20,000 nucleotides of DNA, taken from an uncultured virus (IMG/VR IMGVR_UViG_3300009154_000049) (lineage: Duplodnaviria > Heunggongvirae > Uroviricota > Caudoviricetes). Below the pieces are notes generated by a model. It saw nothing but the letters and a program-made list of their open reading frames with translations. It had not been told where the DNA came from and made no database searches. The stretch's first letter is position 1. Each line of letters opens with the position of its first letter. The stretch is taken from the IMG/VR virus record IMGVR_UViG_3300009154_000049; one strand, written 5' to 3'. The position numbers were made by a program, and so were the translations under genes. Of this stretch, positions 1 to 18,015 are shown in pieces.

Positions 1-50
1 GCCAGGATCACGTATCCGCTGGTGTCTCCGTTGATCTTCACATAGGCCAT
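1..50 (-). CDS. 5' fragment of a small phage fibre/structural protein (runs off the window; MAYVKINGDTSGYVIL...)
   Basis: Not in the ORF track. ATG at 50-48 lies one base after the TGA of the 430-aa gene (TGAcATG) and the frame is open to the window edge. From memory, an N-terminal 'I-x-GDTSG-x-V-x-L' is typical of small phage proteins that follow genes ending in '...SGS-x-W-x-IV'. Confidence 0.7.
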   Translation of the reverse strand, partial: MAYVKINGDTSGYVIL

Positions 51-51
51 G

Positions 52-1344
52 TCACACTATGCTCCAGTAGCTGCCGCTGCTGACCGTGACGGTCACGCCG
101 GGATTGATGGTTATTGGACCAAAGGTCCCGCTGTTGTAACCGCTGGGAACCGTGTAGTTGGCAGTGATGGTGTTGCCGTTGGTCCAGAAGGTCTGATCAG
201 TGCCGCCTCCAGTGGCGCCTCCGAGACCACCCCACTGGGTACCATTGTAGCCCTCGAAGTAGCCAAGGCTGCTGTTGAAGCGCAGCAGCCCAGTGGCAGC
301 AGCAGGTCGCTGTGCTGTGCTGCCCACCGGCAGCAGCGCAGCATCTGTCTTGAATATGCTCATCGCGTAGGGAGGCAGTGCTGTGGTACCTATGCCAAGG
401 TTGCCACCGAATATGCCTCCGCTGACCGTGCTGACGTTGCCACCTGCTGTCATGCCTCCACCTGCGATGAGGTTACCAGTGGCATCCCAGCTGGGTCCAC
501 CAGTGCTGAGACTGCCGGGTGTCACTGATCCTGCTGCGGGTATTACCGTGGTGGTGCTGAGATTGCTGATCACTATCTCGATGGCAGTGCCCAGAGGTGG
601 TGGCGAGTTGAATATGATGCTGCTGCCCACCCAGCTGTAGGTGTTCTTGCGCTGGTACACGCCCTGGAGATACACGTTGGTGTTGACCACGCTGGTTGCC
701 GAATAGTTGCCTGTGGCAAATGTGGTCGTGCTGCCATTGCCTGTGTAGTCAAACACGGAGGTGCCCAGGGCACCCGTGGTGATGCTGCTGCCATCGCTGA
801 AGTTGATGGCACCGCCGAGGTTGACGTTGCCACCCACGGTGATGTTGCCAGTGGCACGCATGCTGCCAGTGACATCCAGCTTGAACACGGGTTGGCTAGT
901 GCCTATGCCCAGATTGCCATTGATGTCCAAGCGCATGTTTTCCGTGCCACTGGTCTGGAAAACCAAGGGCAGATAAGGACTGTTATCGCTCCTGTCTGAG
1001 GCCAGTCGCACGTTGCTTTGGTTTGATTCCAGGGTAGCAAAGCTGCTGGACAGCACGTTGCTGTTGCTGTAGGCTAGGAAGCTGCTCACAGTGCCGCCGC
1101 TGTTGGGGTGCGTGCCTATCAGCGCGTTACCATTGTATGTGGTAGTGGTGATGAAGGCACGCAGCAGAGGATTGGCATTGCTGAAGTCAGCTTCGAAGCT
1201 GCTGGCAGTGCTGTTCATTATGAGATTGCCCAGATTATCCACGCTGAGCTGCGTGGCACCGCTGGTGGTCACGTTGAAGGCAGAAGCCGTGCTCTTGACG
1301 TAGAGCGCCACCGTGCTGAGGTTCTGTGCTGGTGAATTGGCCAT
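52..1344 (-). CDS. Putative tail-fibre/virion fibre protein (430 aa)
   Basis: G/S/T/N-rich. Contains GNLGIGT motifs, one F-x-DG motif and a T7-fibre-anchor-like module (YTGNGSTTTF...VYLQGVYQ...YSWVG...IEIV). Also has an LPVGSTAQRP...RFNSSLGYFEGYNG motif and the common phage C-terminus GATGGG...GPITINPGVTVTVSSGSYWSIV. TAAATA lies 24 nt upstream. Confidence 0.8.
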   Translation of the reverse strand: MANSPAQNLSTVALYVKSTASAFNVTTSGATQLSVDNLGNLIMNSTASSFEADFSNANPLLRAFITTTTYNGNALIGTHPNSGGTVSSFLAYSNSNVLSSSFATLESNQSNVRLASDRSDNSPYLPLVFQTSGTENMRLDINGNLGIGTSQPVFKLDVTGSMRATGNITVGGNVNLGGAINFSDGSSITTGALGTSVFDYTGNGSTTTFATGNYSATSVVNTNVYLQGVYQRKNTYSWVGSSIIFNSPPPLGTAIEIVISNLSTTTVIPAAGSVTPGSLSTGGPSWDATGNLIAGGGMTAGGNVSTVSGGIFGGNLGIGTTALPPYAMSIFKTDAALLPVGSTAQRPAAATGLLRFNSSLGYFEGYNGTQWGGLGGATGGGTDQTFWTNGNTITANYTVPSGYNSGTFGPITINPGVTVTVSSGSYWSIV

Positions 1345-1368
1345 GCTGCTTCCGGTAATAGTGCGCTG

Positions 1369-1374
1369 TATTTA
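1369..1374 (-). promoter_or_regulatory. Putative T4-like late promoter core (ggTAAATAc)
   Basis: TAAATA in the 70-bp intergenic gap, 24 nt upstream of the ATG at 1344. It matches the 3' six bases of the T4 gp55 late consensus TATAAATA. Confidence 0.6.
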
Positions 1375-1414
1375 CCTATGCTAGGGCTTGGATCCTGCTG
1401 GCTTCATGACTGCG

Positions 1415-1747
1415 TCAGGGTTTTGGATATTTGTCCTTGATTGCCAAGCAGGCATCTATGTATGCCTGGATCTGCTCAGTATCCCCCTTGACAATGCCAT
1501 CCAGATAGTCCCTGAAGTCCGGATATTCTGCTGCGCGCTGTGCCTTGTAGGAAACCGCAGCATCGGCTGCAATCTTGGCTGCCCAGGCAGCATCAAGCTG
1601 TGCTTGGGTTGGCTGCGGACCCAGCTTGGCATCCCATTTCAACACCTGATCTGGCTGGCTTTCTGGCTGACCAGTCATGTAATCTCCGGGGCCATGAGAT
1701 ATATTGGCCTGTGCCAGATATGCTAGGATTTGATCGTTCAGAGCCAT
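1415..1747 (-). CDS. Small tail-fibre assembly/chaperone-like protein (110 aa)
   Basis: AAGGA RBS. Directly follows a fibre-like gene. The sequence W-D-x-x-LGPQPT-x-x-QL...YKAQRAAEYP...YLD...AIKDKYPKP resembles small XkdW/Tfa-like phage proteins (recognised by eye). Confidence 0.65.
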   Translation of the reverse strand: MALNDQILAYLAQANISHGPGDYMTGQPESQPDQVLKWDAKLGPQPTQAQLDAAWAAKIAADAAVSYKAQRAAEYPDFRDYLDGIVKGDTEQIQAYIDACLAIKDKYPKP

Positions 1748-1758
1748 GTGTTCAGTCC

Positions 1759-2550
1759 TTATGAAGAGATGCTATACAAAGATGCTTGACCCGAAAAAGT
1801 TGTTGTTCCATTGAATTGAATTTTAATAGCGGTATAAGGTGTTGTACCCGTGTTATAACCATTGAAACTTGACCAATAACCAGCTGAACCGTTGTAGGTA
1901 AATGCTGTTCCATATATTTGTACAACACCCAAACTAGTAGCAAGATTAAAATTATCAATGGTAAAATTACCATTAACTCCATAACTGCCAGTATATGTTG
2001 TAATACCTGTGGTCATATAACTAGAACCTAAACTACCCCCATAAAATTGATTACTTCCATTATTGGGAGAATACCCAAAATATCCTCCATATCCGCTAGT
2101 CAAGTACGTTGGTCCAGAGCCTATCCCCAGCAAAAATCTCAAACCATCATTGGTCGATGGTTGTAAGTTTTCAACAAACATCAGGTATCTTATATAACCA
2201 GACAATCCAGTCCACTGCAGAGCAGTTGTAGTGCCAGCTGTGGCGGTTTGCGTGGATATCAAAGTCATGGTCTGAGCGACCGCTGCGCTGGACATGAAGG
2301 AGCCGTCGCCAAACACCACGCCATAGCCTGCCGTGCTGATCTGTATGTTGCCACCTGTATGCACCGTGGGACCAAACACTGTCATTGACACATTGCTGTT
2401 GACGCTGCTGGTACCTATATTGTTGCCCACCGTGAGACCGCCATAGATGCTGCTGGTGCCTATGCCGACTCCACCGCCGCTGGTCCACAGCTGAGTGCCA
2501 CCCACTCGCAGACCGTCTTGGTCAAGCCACATCAGCTGGTTAGTGGTCAT
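1759..2550 (-). CDS. Short fibre/adhesin-like protein (263 aa) with an AT-rich, Tyr/Gly-rich C-terminal domain
   Basis: The ATG overlaps the upstream stop (ATGA at 2547-2550) and has an AGGA RBS. The N-half has GVGIGT and FGDGS fibre motifs. The C-half is a predicted beta-rich domain ending ...[12 protein letters not shown]. Confidence 0.8.
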   Translation of the reverse strand: MTTNQLMWLDQDGLRVGGTQLWTSGGGVGIGTSSIYGGLTVGNNIGTSSVNSNVSMTVFGPTVHTGGNIQISTAGYGVVFGDGSFMSSAAVAQTMTLISTQTATAGTTTALQWTGLSGYIRYLMFVENLQPSTNDGLRFLLGIGSGPTYLTSGYGGYFGYSPNNGSNQFYGGSLGSSYMTTGITTYTGSYGVNGNFTIDNFNLATSLGVVQIYGTAFTYNGSAGYWSSFNGYNTGTTPYTAIKIQFNGTTTFSGQASLYSISS

Positions 2551-2906
2551 CGTTCCTGCTCCAACTGTGCTATCCTGGCCTGCAGGTCTTCGATCTGTGC
2601 CTGCTGTTCTTTTACAGCTTCTATCAGCAGTGCAGTCAGTTTCTCATACTGAACAGTTAGGTAGTTCTCACCGCTCTTACTGCCAGTGCTGCTGTTGATA
2701 TCAAGATCAAACGGCGCTGGTCGCACTGCTTCGGGTAGCACTGCCTGCACTTCCTGCGCTATCACACCCACATCGTGCATCTGAGTCGGTTCGAAACCAA
2801 GGTCCTTGACCATGGGTTTCCAATCAAAAGTCACACCTCTGAGGCTGAGTACCTTGCGCAGAGCATTGGGTATCTGTACCAAGTTTTCCTTGAGCCTATT
2901 GTCCGA
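2547..2906 (-). other. Peptidase S74 / intramolecular chaperone auto-processing domain
   Basis: S-D-x-R-L-K cleavage motif (TCG GAC AAT AGG CTC AAG from 2906), G-V-I-A-Q-E motif and terminal coiled coil. Confidence 0.9.
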
Positions 2907-5369
2907 GCTATAAGCTGTGATTTCGTTTGTTGCGCTAAATGCTCCAGTGTCTGCGAAGGTAAACAGGACGCTGTTATAAGCGTTATTGATTATCTCTATG
3001 CCACCACTTTGGTTGATTCGTATGAACTTAGTAGGTGTGGTAGCACTCGCATAGGTGTTGGTCAGCGTAAAAATGCCAGCATAGACGGCACCGCCATATG
3101 TATTATTGTTGGATATAGTCATGGCCGATGCGCCGCTGCTGCCGCCGTTGGTGCTGTTTATGGTAGCAAACGTCACGTTGCTGCTGGTGCTAACGGCCTG
3201 GCCTATGCTGATGGTGCCTGTGGTGGTTATGGGACTAGGGCTCAGCGTAACGCCTGTGCCTGCGGCAAGGTTGGTTACTGTGCCGCCGCCGCTGGGGCCA
3301 GTTGGACCTGTGGTAACTGACGTGGGACCAGTTGGACCAGTAACCGTGCTGGTAGCGCCAGTTGGACCAGTTGGACCAGTAACCGTGCTGGTAGCGCCGG
3401 TGGGTCCAGTATATCCAGTTGGACCAGTAACCGTGCTGGTAGCGCCAGTTGGACCAGTGTATCCAGTGTAGCCAGTATAACCTGTAGGACCAGTTGGTCC
3501 TCCGTTTGGTCCTGTGGGACCTGTGGGAGATGCAGTGCTGGTGATGAATATGCTGCCAGGACTGTTGGTTATGCTGATACCCGAGCCTGCTGTCAGGGTG
3601 CTGAGAGTGTAGTTGGTACCATTGCCTATCAGCAGCTGACCACTGGTAGGCACGGTGTTCAAACCAGTACCACCACTGCCCACTGGCAAGGGATTGGTCA
3701 TTGTGACCACGCCGTTGCTGTTGATGCGCTGTGCTTCTGCGTAAACCTCTGAGCCAATGCCGCCAGTGAAGTAGCCAAACTTCAGTCCACCACCCGTGAG
3801 TGCGACTATGTTGCCACCACCTGCTGCGCCACCCGATACCAGTTCCAAGCCGCCGCCTGTGCTGGCAAATACGGTCAGTGCTGTGTTGGTGTTGTTGCTG
3901 GGTGTGAACGTGCCTATGCCCACTGCGCCCTGTATGCTGGCGCCGTTGGTGTTGGAGGTCAGCGGCGCTGTGCCTACGTAGCTGTTGCCAACCACCAAAC
4001 CGCCGTTGATCTCCATGGTGTTCTGTGGTTGCGTGACAGCGTTTATGCCCACGCGATAGTTAGTGCTGACATAGCTCCATGCTATAGCCGGAGAGGTCGC
4101 CGCGCTGTCGCCCCTGCGCAGATAGCCAATGCTCTGTGGTATCGTTGGATCATAGCCCAGCACAGCACCAAAGCTGATCACGTTGCCCACGGTGATCTCT
4201 TGGCGTGCTGCGTTGCCTGGCCTGCTGTTAAACAGCACATAATCTGAGCCATAGAGGCTGAACTGATAGGCAGGCGTAGCTGTGCCTATGCCCAAGCGCT
4301 TGTTGGAGTTGTCCCAGACGAAGCTGCTGCCGTCACCTGTGAAAGTGTTGCTGGTTCCAGCTACCTGTATGGTGCTGATGGGACCATAGCTCTGGCTGCT
4401 ACCGCTGCCGGTGCTTGCTGTGGTCTGCCTAGTACCATCAGGGAAGATGATGCCGCTGCTGGTGCTGGCCGTGTTGCTGATCACAACGTTGCCCCAGACC
4501 CAGAGGTTGCTGCTGTTTGTCGTGGTAGCGATTCCCACACCGCTGCTGGTTCCGATTCCCAGAGCACCAAAGAATGTGCTGACTCTGCCACCGACGTTGA
4601 TGTTGCCACCAATGCCGGCTCCGCCATTGATCAGCAGGGCCCCAGTGGTGCTGCCAGTGCTGGTCGTGCTATTGCCTATGAATAGGTTTCCAACCAACAC
4701 TGGTCCGCTGAGATAGCTGGCCACGTTGGTGTTTGAATACACGGTACCAGTGCTGGCAGTGATGAGGAAACTGCCGTCGGAAAAGTAGATGCCGCTTTGC
4801 CCCAGCGTGTTCTTGAGGATCACGTTGCCATAGAGACTGCTGCTGCCATAGACAGCAAACACATTGGACAGGCCCAGGGTGCTGCTAGTACCTATGCCGA
4901 GGTTACCACCTATGGTGCTGTTGGTGCTTACTGACACGTTGAAATTGCCAGTGACACTGGCATTCCCAGCTATGGTCACATTACCAGTGACACCGACATT
5001 ACCATTTACAGCGACATTGCCTGATATCGCAGCACCATTGGTGACTGATATGCCCTGCCTGAAGTTGGCAGACACGTTGGCATCAAATCCATACAGAGGT
5101 GTGGTAGTACCTATGCCCACGTTGCCGGCAAAGATCGCAGTGTTGGACACGGTAATGCCCCGCCTGAAGTTGGCAGACACGTTGGCATCAAATCCATACA
5201 GAGGTGTGGTAGTACCTATTCCCACGTTGCCAGTGGTGCTGGCCAGCACCACCATGCTGCCGCTGGCAGTGACCGTGCCGCTGTTGCCAGTGACCATGAC
5301 CTGGTTAGGTGGATACTGCGTGTTGTTGTCCGTGCTGGCCATGCCAGGAAACGGGACGAAATCAACCAA
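2547..5369 (-). CDS. Collagen-containing tail fibre with C-terminal Peptidase S74 intramolecular chaperone (~940 aa)
   Basis: Multiple GNVGIGT motifs, a G-X-T collagen block, and a C-terminal SSDNRLKEN...LRGVTFDWK...[15 protein letters not shown]...[14 protein letters not shown] coiled coil. Start reassigned from TTG 5384 to the in-frame TTG 5369 because GAGGAG (5382-5377) lies 7 nt before it. Confidence 0.88.
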   Translation of the reverse strand: MVDFVPFPGMASTDNNTQYPPNQVMVTGNSGTVTASGSMVVLASTTGNVGIGTTTPLYGFDANVSANFRRGITVSNTAIFAGNVGIGTTTPLYGFDANVSANFRQGISVTNGAAISGNVAVNGNVGVTGNVTIAGNASVTGNFNVSVSTNSTIGGNLGIGTSSTLGLSNVFAVYGSSSLYGNVILKNTLGQSGIYFSDGSFLITASTGTVYSNTNVASYLSGPVLVGNLFIGNSTTSTGSTTGALLINGGAGIGGNINVGGRVSTFFGALGIGTSSGVGIATTTNSSNLWVWGNVVISNTASTSSGIIFPDGTRQTTASTGSGSSQSYGPISTIQVAGTSNTFTGDGSSFVWDNSNKRLGIGTATPAYQFSLYGSDYVLFNSRPGNAARQEITVGNVISFGAVLGYDPTIPQSIGYLRRGDSAATSPAIAWSYVSTNYRVGINAVTQPQNTMEINGGLVVGNSYVGTAPLTSNTNGASIQGAVGIGTFTPSNNTNTALTVFASTGGGLELVSGGAAGGGNIVALTGGGLKFGYFTGGIGSEVYAEAQRINSNGVVTMTNPLPVGSGGTGLNTVPTSGQLLIGNGTNYTLSTLTAGSGISITNSPGSIFITSTASPTGPTGPNGGPTGPTGYTGYTGYTGPTGATSTVTGPTGYTGPTGATSTVTGPTGPTGATSTVTGPTGPTSVTTGPTGPSGGGTVTNLAAGTGVTLSPSPITTTGTISIGQAVSTSSNVTFATINSTNGGSSGASAMTISNNNTYGGAVYAGIFTLTNTYASATTPTKFIRINQSGGIEIINNAYNSVLFTFADTGAFSATNEITAYSSDNRLKENLVQIPNALRKVLSLRGVTFDWKPMVKDLGFEPTQMHDVGVIAQEVQAVLPEAVRPAPFDLDINSSTGSKSGENYLTVQYEKLTALLIEAVKEQQAQIEDLQARIAQLEQER
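3290..3530 (-). repeat. Collagen-like G-X-T repeat block (GPT/GYT/GAT with TSTVT interruptions)
   Basis: Translated [22 protein letters not shown]...; the DNA unit gttggaccagtaaccgtgctggtagcgcc occurs three times. Confidence 0.9.
5057..5231. repeat. Intragenic direct repeat, 70 bp x2 (69/70 identical), period 105 bp
   Basis: 5057-5126 vs 5162-5231; both encode [23 protein letters not shown]. Confidence 0.9.
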
Positions 5370-5394
5370 GGTACGGCTCCTCAAGAATGCTTGA

Positions 5395-5401
5395 TATTTA
5401 T
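5395..5401 (-). promoter_or_regulatory. Putative T4-like late promoter core (gATAAATAtc)
   Basis: ATAAATA lies 25 nt upstream of the proposed TTG start at 5369, nearly the same spacing as at 1369-1374. Confidence 0.65.
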
Positions 5402-5409
5402 CCGTGGTC

Positions 5410-5438
5410 TTGGCAACTATCCAATCGCCATGTATACT
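5410..5438 (+). promoter_or_regulatory. Sigma70-type (early) promoter TTGGCA-N17-TATACT
   Basis: -35 TTGGCA at 5410-5415 (5/6 match), a 17-nt spacer and -10 TATACT at 5433-5438 (5/6 match). Followed by a GGGAG RBS and ATG at 5458. Confidence 0.7.
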
Positions 5439-5457
5439 GTGGCCAGGGAGACATCAC

Positions 5458-5919
5458 ATGCACATACACCAAGTCATGACAGCTGCCAGCTATAGGATGG
5501 TCGAGGGTCGCGACTGGCTCTGGGACTTTTTAGGCAAGGATTGCCGAGAGATACTGTTTGAAAGCTGGGGTCTGCACGACAGCAACGAACACTTTCCTGT
5601 GAGCACTGTGTTCCACTGCAGCACCGGCGATGTCCGACAGCTCACGGTAGAGACCAAAGACGGTGCGTGGCGATGGATGTCACAGCAGTGCCATGCTGGT
5701 TACATCCTAGCCTGTGCGGATCTGGGTGAGCAGCCTTGGCAGGAAAAAGGCATAACCTGGGTCACAGACCCTGTTGAGATCGTCGACATGATCGCAGCTG
5801 CCCTACATCCAGATCGTAGGCCCGATGATGCCGACGAGAGCTATCGCTGGAGCAGCAGCGGTGACATGATAGTAGAGCGCGACGATGGCACCGGCTGGGT
5901 CAGCGTCAACCCAGATTGA
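5458..5919 (+). CDS. Hypothetical phage protein (~153 aa), opposite orientation to the cluster
   Basis: Fills the gap between two minus-strand genes and has its own promoter and RBS (AGGGAG ending at 5450). Its globular, acidic, Trp/Cys-rich composition is unlike the antisense shadow ORFs. The ORF-track start at 5404 lies upstream of the predicted promoter, so ATG 5458 is preferred. Confidence 0.75.
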   Translation: MHIHQVMTAASYRMVEGRDWLWDFLGKDCREILFESWGLHDSNEHFPVSTVFHCSTGDVRQLTVETKDGAWRWMSQQCHAGYILACADLGEQPWQEKGITWVTDPVEIVDMIAAALHPDRRPDDADESYRWSSSGDMIVERDDGTGWVSVNPD

Positions 5920-8900
5920 TCAAGCCTGGGCTTCTGTCCAGCTCAGTCGTGCCTGTATGTTCTTGGATCCAACGTCGATGTTCTGCGCCACAACAGTGAG
6001 AACGTCCGGTCCGTCTGGATATACCTGCTGACCAGCGATGTTGTTGGTTCCGCCGCCTAGTATTGAGTTACCAAGATCGCGCACGATGGTCAGATCCTGC
6101 TGTGTAACCGCATAGGTGGTACCACCTGCTGTGGCAGCGAAGAACGCGAAGATGTTCTCACCACCCACGATGGTGGTGCCGATGGGATGATATGCCACCT
6201 GCGCCAAGCTGGAACCGCCAACACCTTGGAACGTGCTGGTCGTTGGTGCTTGGATCACACCATTCAGCACCAGAGTCATGAGGAACAGACCGTTGCTGGC
6301 CAAGTCAACTTCAAACGGGCTCAGCTGCATGTGGTTAATGATTTCTTTGGTACCAAGCGGGCCTGTGATGCCGCCCTGCACTGATGGTCCTATGCGAATG
6401 CTCAACAACGCCGCACGCTGGTTCTGACCCACGCTGAGTGCGCTGACCATGCCCGCGATGAACACGAATGATTTATCGTTGTCAAACTTACCATCCATGA
6501 TCACAGATGTTCCCCAGTGCGCGATGCTTGGCGTGAAGAACGGTGCGTGCTGTTGTATGCCTATGGGTAATGTAGCAGCATAGGTATGTGTGGTATTGGC
6601 ATTGGCCATCTGCAGCGTGGTCAGCGTTATGCTGTTGGTCGCAGTGGGTGCTTGGTTCAGCGTGATGGTGTTGGGTGAACCATAGGTTATCTTCTGTATG
6701 TAGGTATTGCTGGGTATGCCCGTGCCCGTCACATACATGCCTGCCTGTATGCTGGCATTGTAGAGGCTGGTGCTAGTGGTGATGTTGGCATTGCCGCTGG
6801 TCGTGCTCACGCTGGCCACAGTACCAGCTGTCTGCCCTCTGGTGGTAACGTTGAAGCTGGTGGCTGTCTTGCTGTCATAGCTGACATATTCTGGATTGTT
6901 GTAGTCCTTGATCACCAATATGCCGTTGGTAGGGAATGCTGCGGTGTTGGCCACGTTCAGAGTGGTGGCACTAGCGGCAAATGTGCTGGTCAGCTGCGTC
7001 TCAGGCACTTCGTTGTTGACCTCATAGTGGCCTGGCAGGTTACCTGAGCGCATGTAGGATAGGTACTGCACGTTGTTGTGCTGCAGCTTGTGAGCATAGT
7101 AGATGTTACCGTCAACGGTACGCACTCCCCAGCGCACGAAGCCTGCGCCATACCAGCTGTAGTCCACGTACCACATCTGTATCTTGGTTAGATCTATGAC
7201 ATATCCACTTGGACCAGTGCCATCCAGCTTGTCAATGTTGAACGTGTTCTGCGCAATGCGCAGATCCTGCACCTTGCTGACCTGTGCCTGGCTGATGCTG
7301 GCACCGCGATAGGGCGGGCTGATGGTCATTGAAGTGTTGCTGAGTATCTGCAGCACGCGATAGGTCTGACCACGTATGACTATGTAATCAAACGGTACCA
7401 ACTGTGTGGCAAACTGCGTGGCAGCATTGTCACCAGTACCAGTGGTCAAGCCAGTTACCGTGCCGCTGCCCTGAGTGACGCTGACGTAACCAGTTATCTG
7501 TTGCGTGGCTGATCTGCGCACAGCATACAGCGTCTGCCCGTCAAATTCCCAGTAGATACCGTTCTGCTGTTCAAACAAGCCCATGCGCACCTTGCTGCCA
7601 AACCATGCGTTTGGACCTATCTGAGGTATGCCTGCGCAGGTGGTGCTGCCCAGCGTCTGTTGCGCATACACATTCAAGGTATAAGCATCCGGTGTCTGCT
7701 GCACAGTGTAATTGCCAGCATAACCACTAGTGATGCCATTGACACCAGTGCTGATGGCACTGTTGCTCACGTAGACGTTGGCACCAGCTGATAAGAAGTG
7801 CGGAGATTTGGTCTTGATGGTTATCACTGCACCCACACCTGTGTCGTTAGCTGTGATGGTGTCTGTGGGGATTGGTGGCTTGACAATGGTGCCAGTGCTG
7901 ACCTGTATGCCTTTGCCTGATTGATAGCGGAAATATCTGCGCGTCTGGCGTATCACGCTGACATTGTGCGCAACTGGGTTGCCCGTGCTGAAGAACACGC
8001 CTCCGTCAAAAGCCCTGTGGCTGATCACGAGATCGTTGCGAGGTATCACGTTGGCCACGTTTGATCCAGTGGCTGGTATGGCATTCAGCGACACTTGGAA
8101 GCTGCTGTCGTTGGTATATCCTACCACCGTCCATGATCCGTTAAAGGTGCTTACGTTTGAGTTTGATACCAACACACCGTTGCCTACCTGCAGTCCGTGC
8201 GGCTGTGCCATGGTAAACGTCGCTGTGGTGCCACCCGAAGCGAATGTGATGTTGCCCGTGCTGCTGTTCAGTGCGTAGGCAGCACCGGTGTATAGGAACC
8301 CTGGGAACACGGTGGTCGCGCTGGGGTTGAATATGCTGCCAGTAGTGCCTGTGTAGGCATATCTGCTGGTGGCCACGAGACCGTTGCCGTATTGGTTGGT
8401 GTTGTCGATGTTGAACCAACCATTGGCGCCGGCAAAGTTGGTGTCAGCCACGTACATGGACTGTCCTGCCACGGGTAGCTGTTGGTTCATGAAGTTATAG
8501 GCGGCAGCGGGATTGATCTGATTGAGGGTGTTGGCTGCCAGGGTGAGGCTGGTGTCGCTGTTGATAACTGACACAGTACCCACTGGTGTGTAGCTGCTGG
8601 TGAACAGGTAATAACCAACCTGCAGCTGCTGAGTGAACAGCGTGTTGGTTCCAACCACAGCGTTGGTACCACTTGAAACCAGTATGGTACCTGAGCCTGC
8701 TGTGAAGCCCACGTTCACTGTGAACACAGTGCTGGTGGCTGCGGCATTGATGTCGCTGACGTTCAGCGGATTGTTGACGTTGTAGTAAGCACCTGGCTTG
8801 TTGTTGGTCAGAGTTGTGAGTTCCCACTTGGTGGGCTGCAGTCCATATTCAAAGTCAGTGTCGATCAGTGCCTGTGGTTCTGATACTCTGCTCTTGCCAA

Positions 8901-9219
8901 CTGGATCAAGCTGTAATTCAGATGGTGCCACGTAATCATTTTGCTCATCAACCAGTATCTGCAGCTGATCAGTGCTCTTGAAGTTGCTGCCTGTGGTGTT
9001 GTAGGCCACCGTGATCAGCGTGTTCACGCTGCCTGGAGTGGTCACATAGTCATAGGCAAATGTAGCCAACAGATTCTGGTCGCTGAAATTATAGATGACA
9101 GTGTTGTTGGTCACGTCCGTGATCAGCAACAGCCTCTGCTGTGCTATGTAACCTGGCACGGTTATCAGCTTGGCAGCCGGGGTGAAAGTGTAGTATACCT
9201 GTGGTGTTACCCTACGCAT
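5920..9219 (-). CDS. Large virion structural protein (1099 aa), resembling T4-like cyanophage structural proteins
   Basis: AGGAG RBS. The motifs YTFTP...RLLLITDVT...IYNFSD, DPVGKSRVSEPQALIDTDFEYGLQPTKWE, RQTRRYFRYQSGKG, IDYSWYGAG-like VDYSWYGAGFVRWG and the terminal RLSWTEAQA match my recollection of that family (not searched). Confidence 0.8.
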   Translation of the reverse strand: MRRVTPQVYYTFTPAAKLITVPGYIAQQRLLLITDVTNNTVIYNFSDQNLLATFAYDYVTTPGSVNTLITVAYNTTGSNFKSTDQLQILVDEQNDYVAPSELQLDPVGKSRVSEPQALIDTDFEYGLQPTKWELTTLTNNKPGAYYNVNNPLNVSDINAAATSTVFTVNVGFTAGSGTILVSSGTNAVVGTNTLFTQQLQVGYYLFTSSYTPVGTVSVINSDTSLTLAANTLNQINPAAAYNFMNQQLPVAGQSMYVADTNFAGANGWFNIDNTNQYGNGLVATSRYAYTGTTGSIFNPSATTVFPGFLYTGAAYALNSSTGNITFASGGTTATFTMAQPHGLQVGNGVLVSNSNVSTFNGSWTVVGYTNDSSFQVSLNAIPATGSNVANVIPRNDLVISHRAFDGGVFFSTGNPVAHNVSVIRQTRRYFRYQSGKGIQVSTGTIVKPPIPTDTITANDTGVGAVITIKTKSPHFLSAGANVYVSNSAISTGVNGITSGYAGNYTVQQTPDAYTLNVYAQQTLGSTTCAGIPQIGPNAWFGSKVRMGLFEQQNGIYWEFDGQTLYAVRRSATQQITGYVSVTQGSGTVTGLTTGTGDNAATQFATQLVPFDYIVIRGQTYRVLQILSNTSMTISPPYRGASISQAQVSKVQDLRIAQNTFNIDKLDGTGPSGYVIDLTKIQMWYVDYSWYGAGFVRWGVRTVDGNIYYAHKLQHNNVQYLSYMRSGNLPGHYEVNNEVPETQLTSTFAASATTLNVANTAAFPTNGILVIKDYNNPEYVSYDSKTATSFNVTTRGQTAGTVASVSTTSGNANITTSTSLYNASIQAGMYVTGTGIPSNTYIQKITYGSPNTITLNQAPTATNSITLTTLQMANANTTHTYAATLPIGIQQHAPFFTPSIAHWGTSVIMDGKFDNDKSFVFIAGMVSALSVGQNQRAALLSIRIGPSVQGGITGPLGTKEIINHMQLSPFEVDLASNGLFLMTLVLNGVIQAPTTSTFQGVGGSSLAQVAYHPIGTTIVGGENIFAFFAATAGGTTYAVTQQDLTIVRDLGNSILGGGTNNIAGQQVYPDGPDVLTVVAQNIDVGSKNIQARLSWTEAQA

Positions 9220-9240
9220 CGTGCTCTCCTAACGCCCCCA

Positions 9241-17979
<8,739 letters not shown>

Positions 17980-18001
17980 CTAATGCCACTGATATGTGTG
18001 A

Positions 18002-18007
18002 TATTTA
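18002..18007 (-). promoter_or_regulatory. Putative T4-like late promoter core (gcTAAATAtc)
   Basis: CTAAATA lies 40 nt upstream of the GTG start of the 2906-aa gene, in a 54-bp intergenic gap. Confidence 0.65.
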
Positions 18008-18015
18008 GCGAAGGT

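Noticed and set aside
1752..1982. 76-aa hydrophobic ORF ([21 protein letters not shown]...) resembling a membrane or spanin-like overlapping gene
   Set aside because: It is an alternative frame within the AT-rich segment. The hydrophobicity follows from T-rich third positions of the main frame, and I saw no lipobox or clear RBS.
1759..2220. Classical diversity-generating retroelement variable region
   Set aside because: No reverse transcriptase and no near-identical template repeat differing only at adenines in this window; the region is also longer than a typical VR. A remote DGR cannot be excluded from this window alone.
1400..2280. Invertible shufflon-type cassette around the AT-rich domain
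   Set aside because: Only a ~7-bp inverted match (catgact ~1405 / agtcatg ~2263), which is expected by chance. There is no invertase and no alternative inverted C-terminus.
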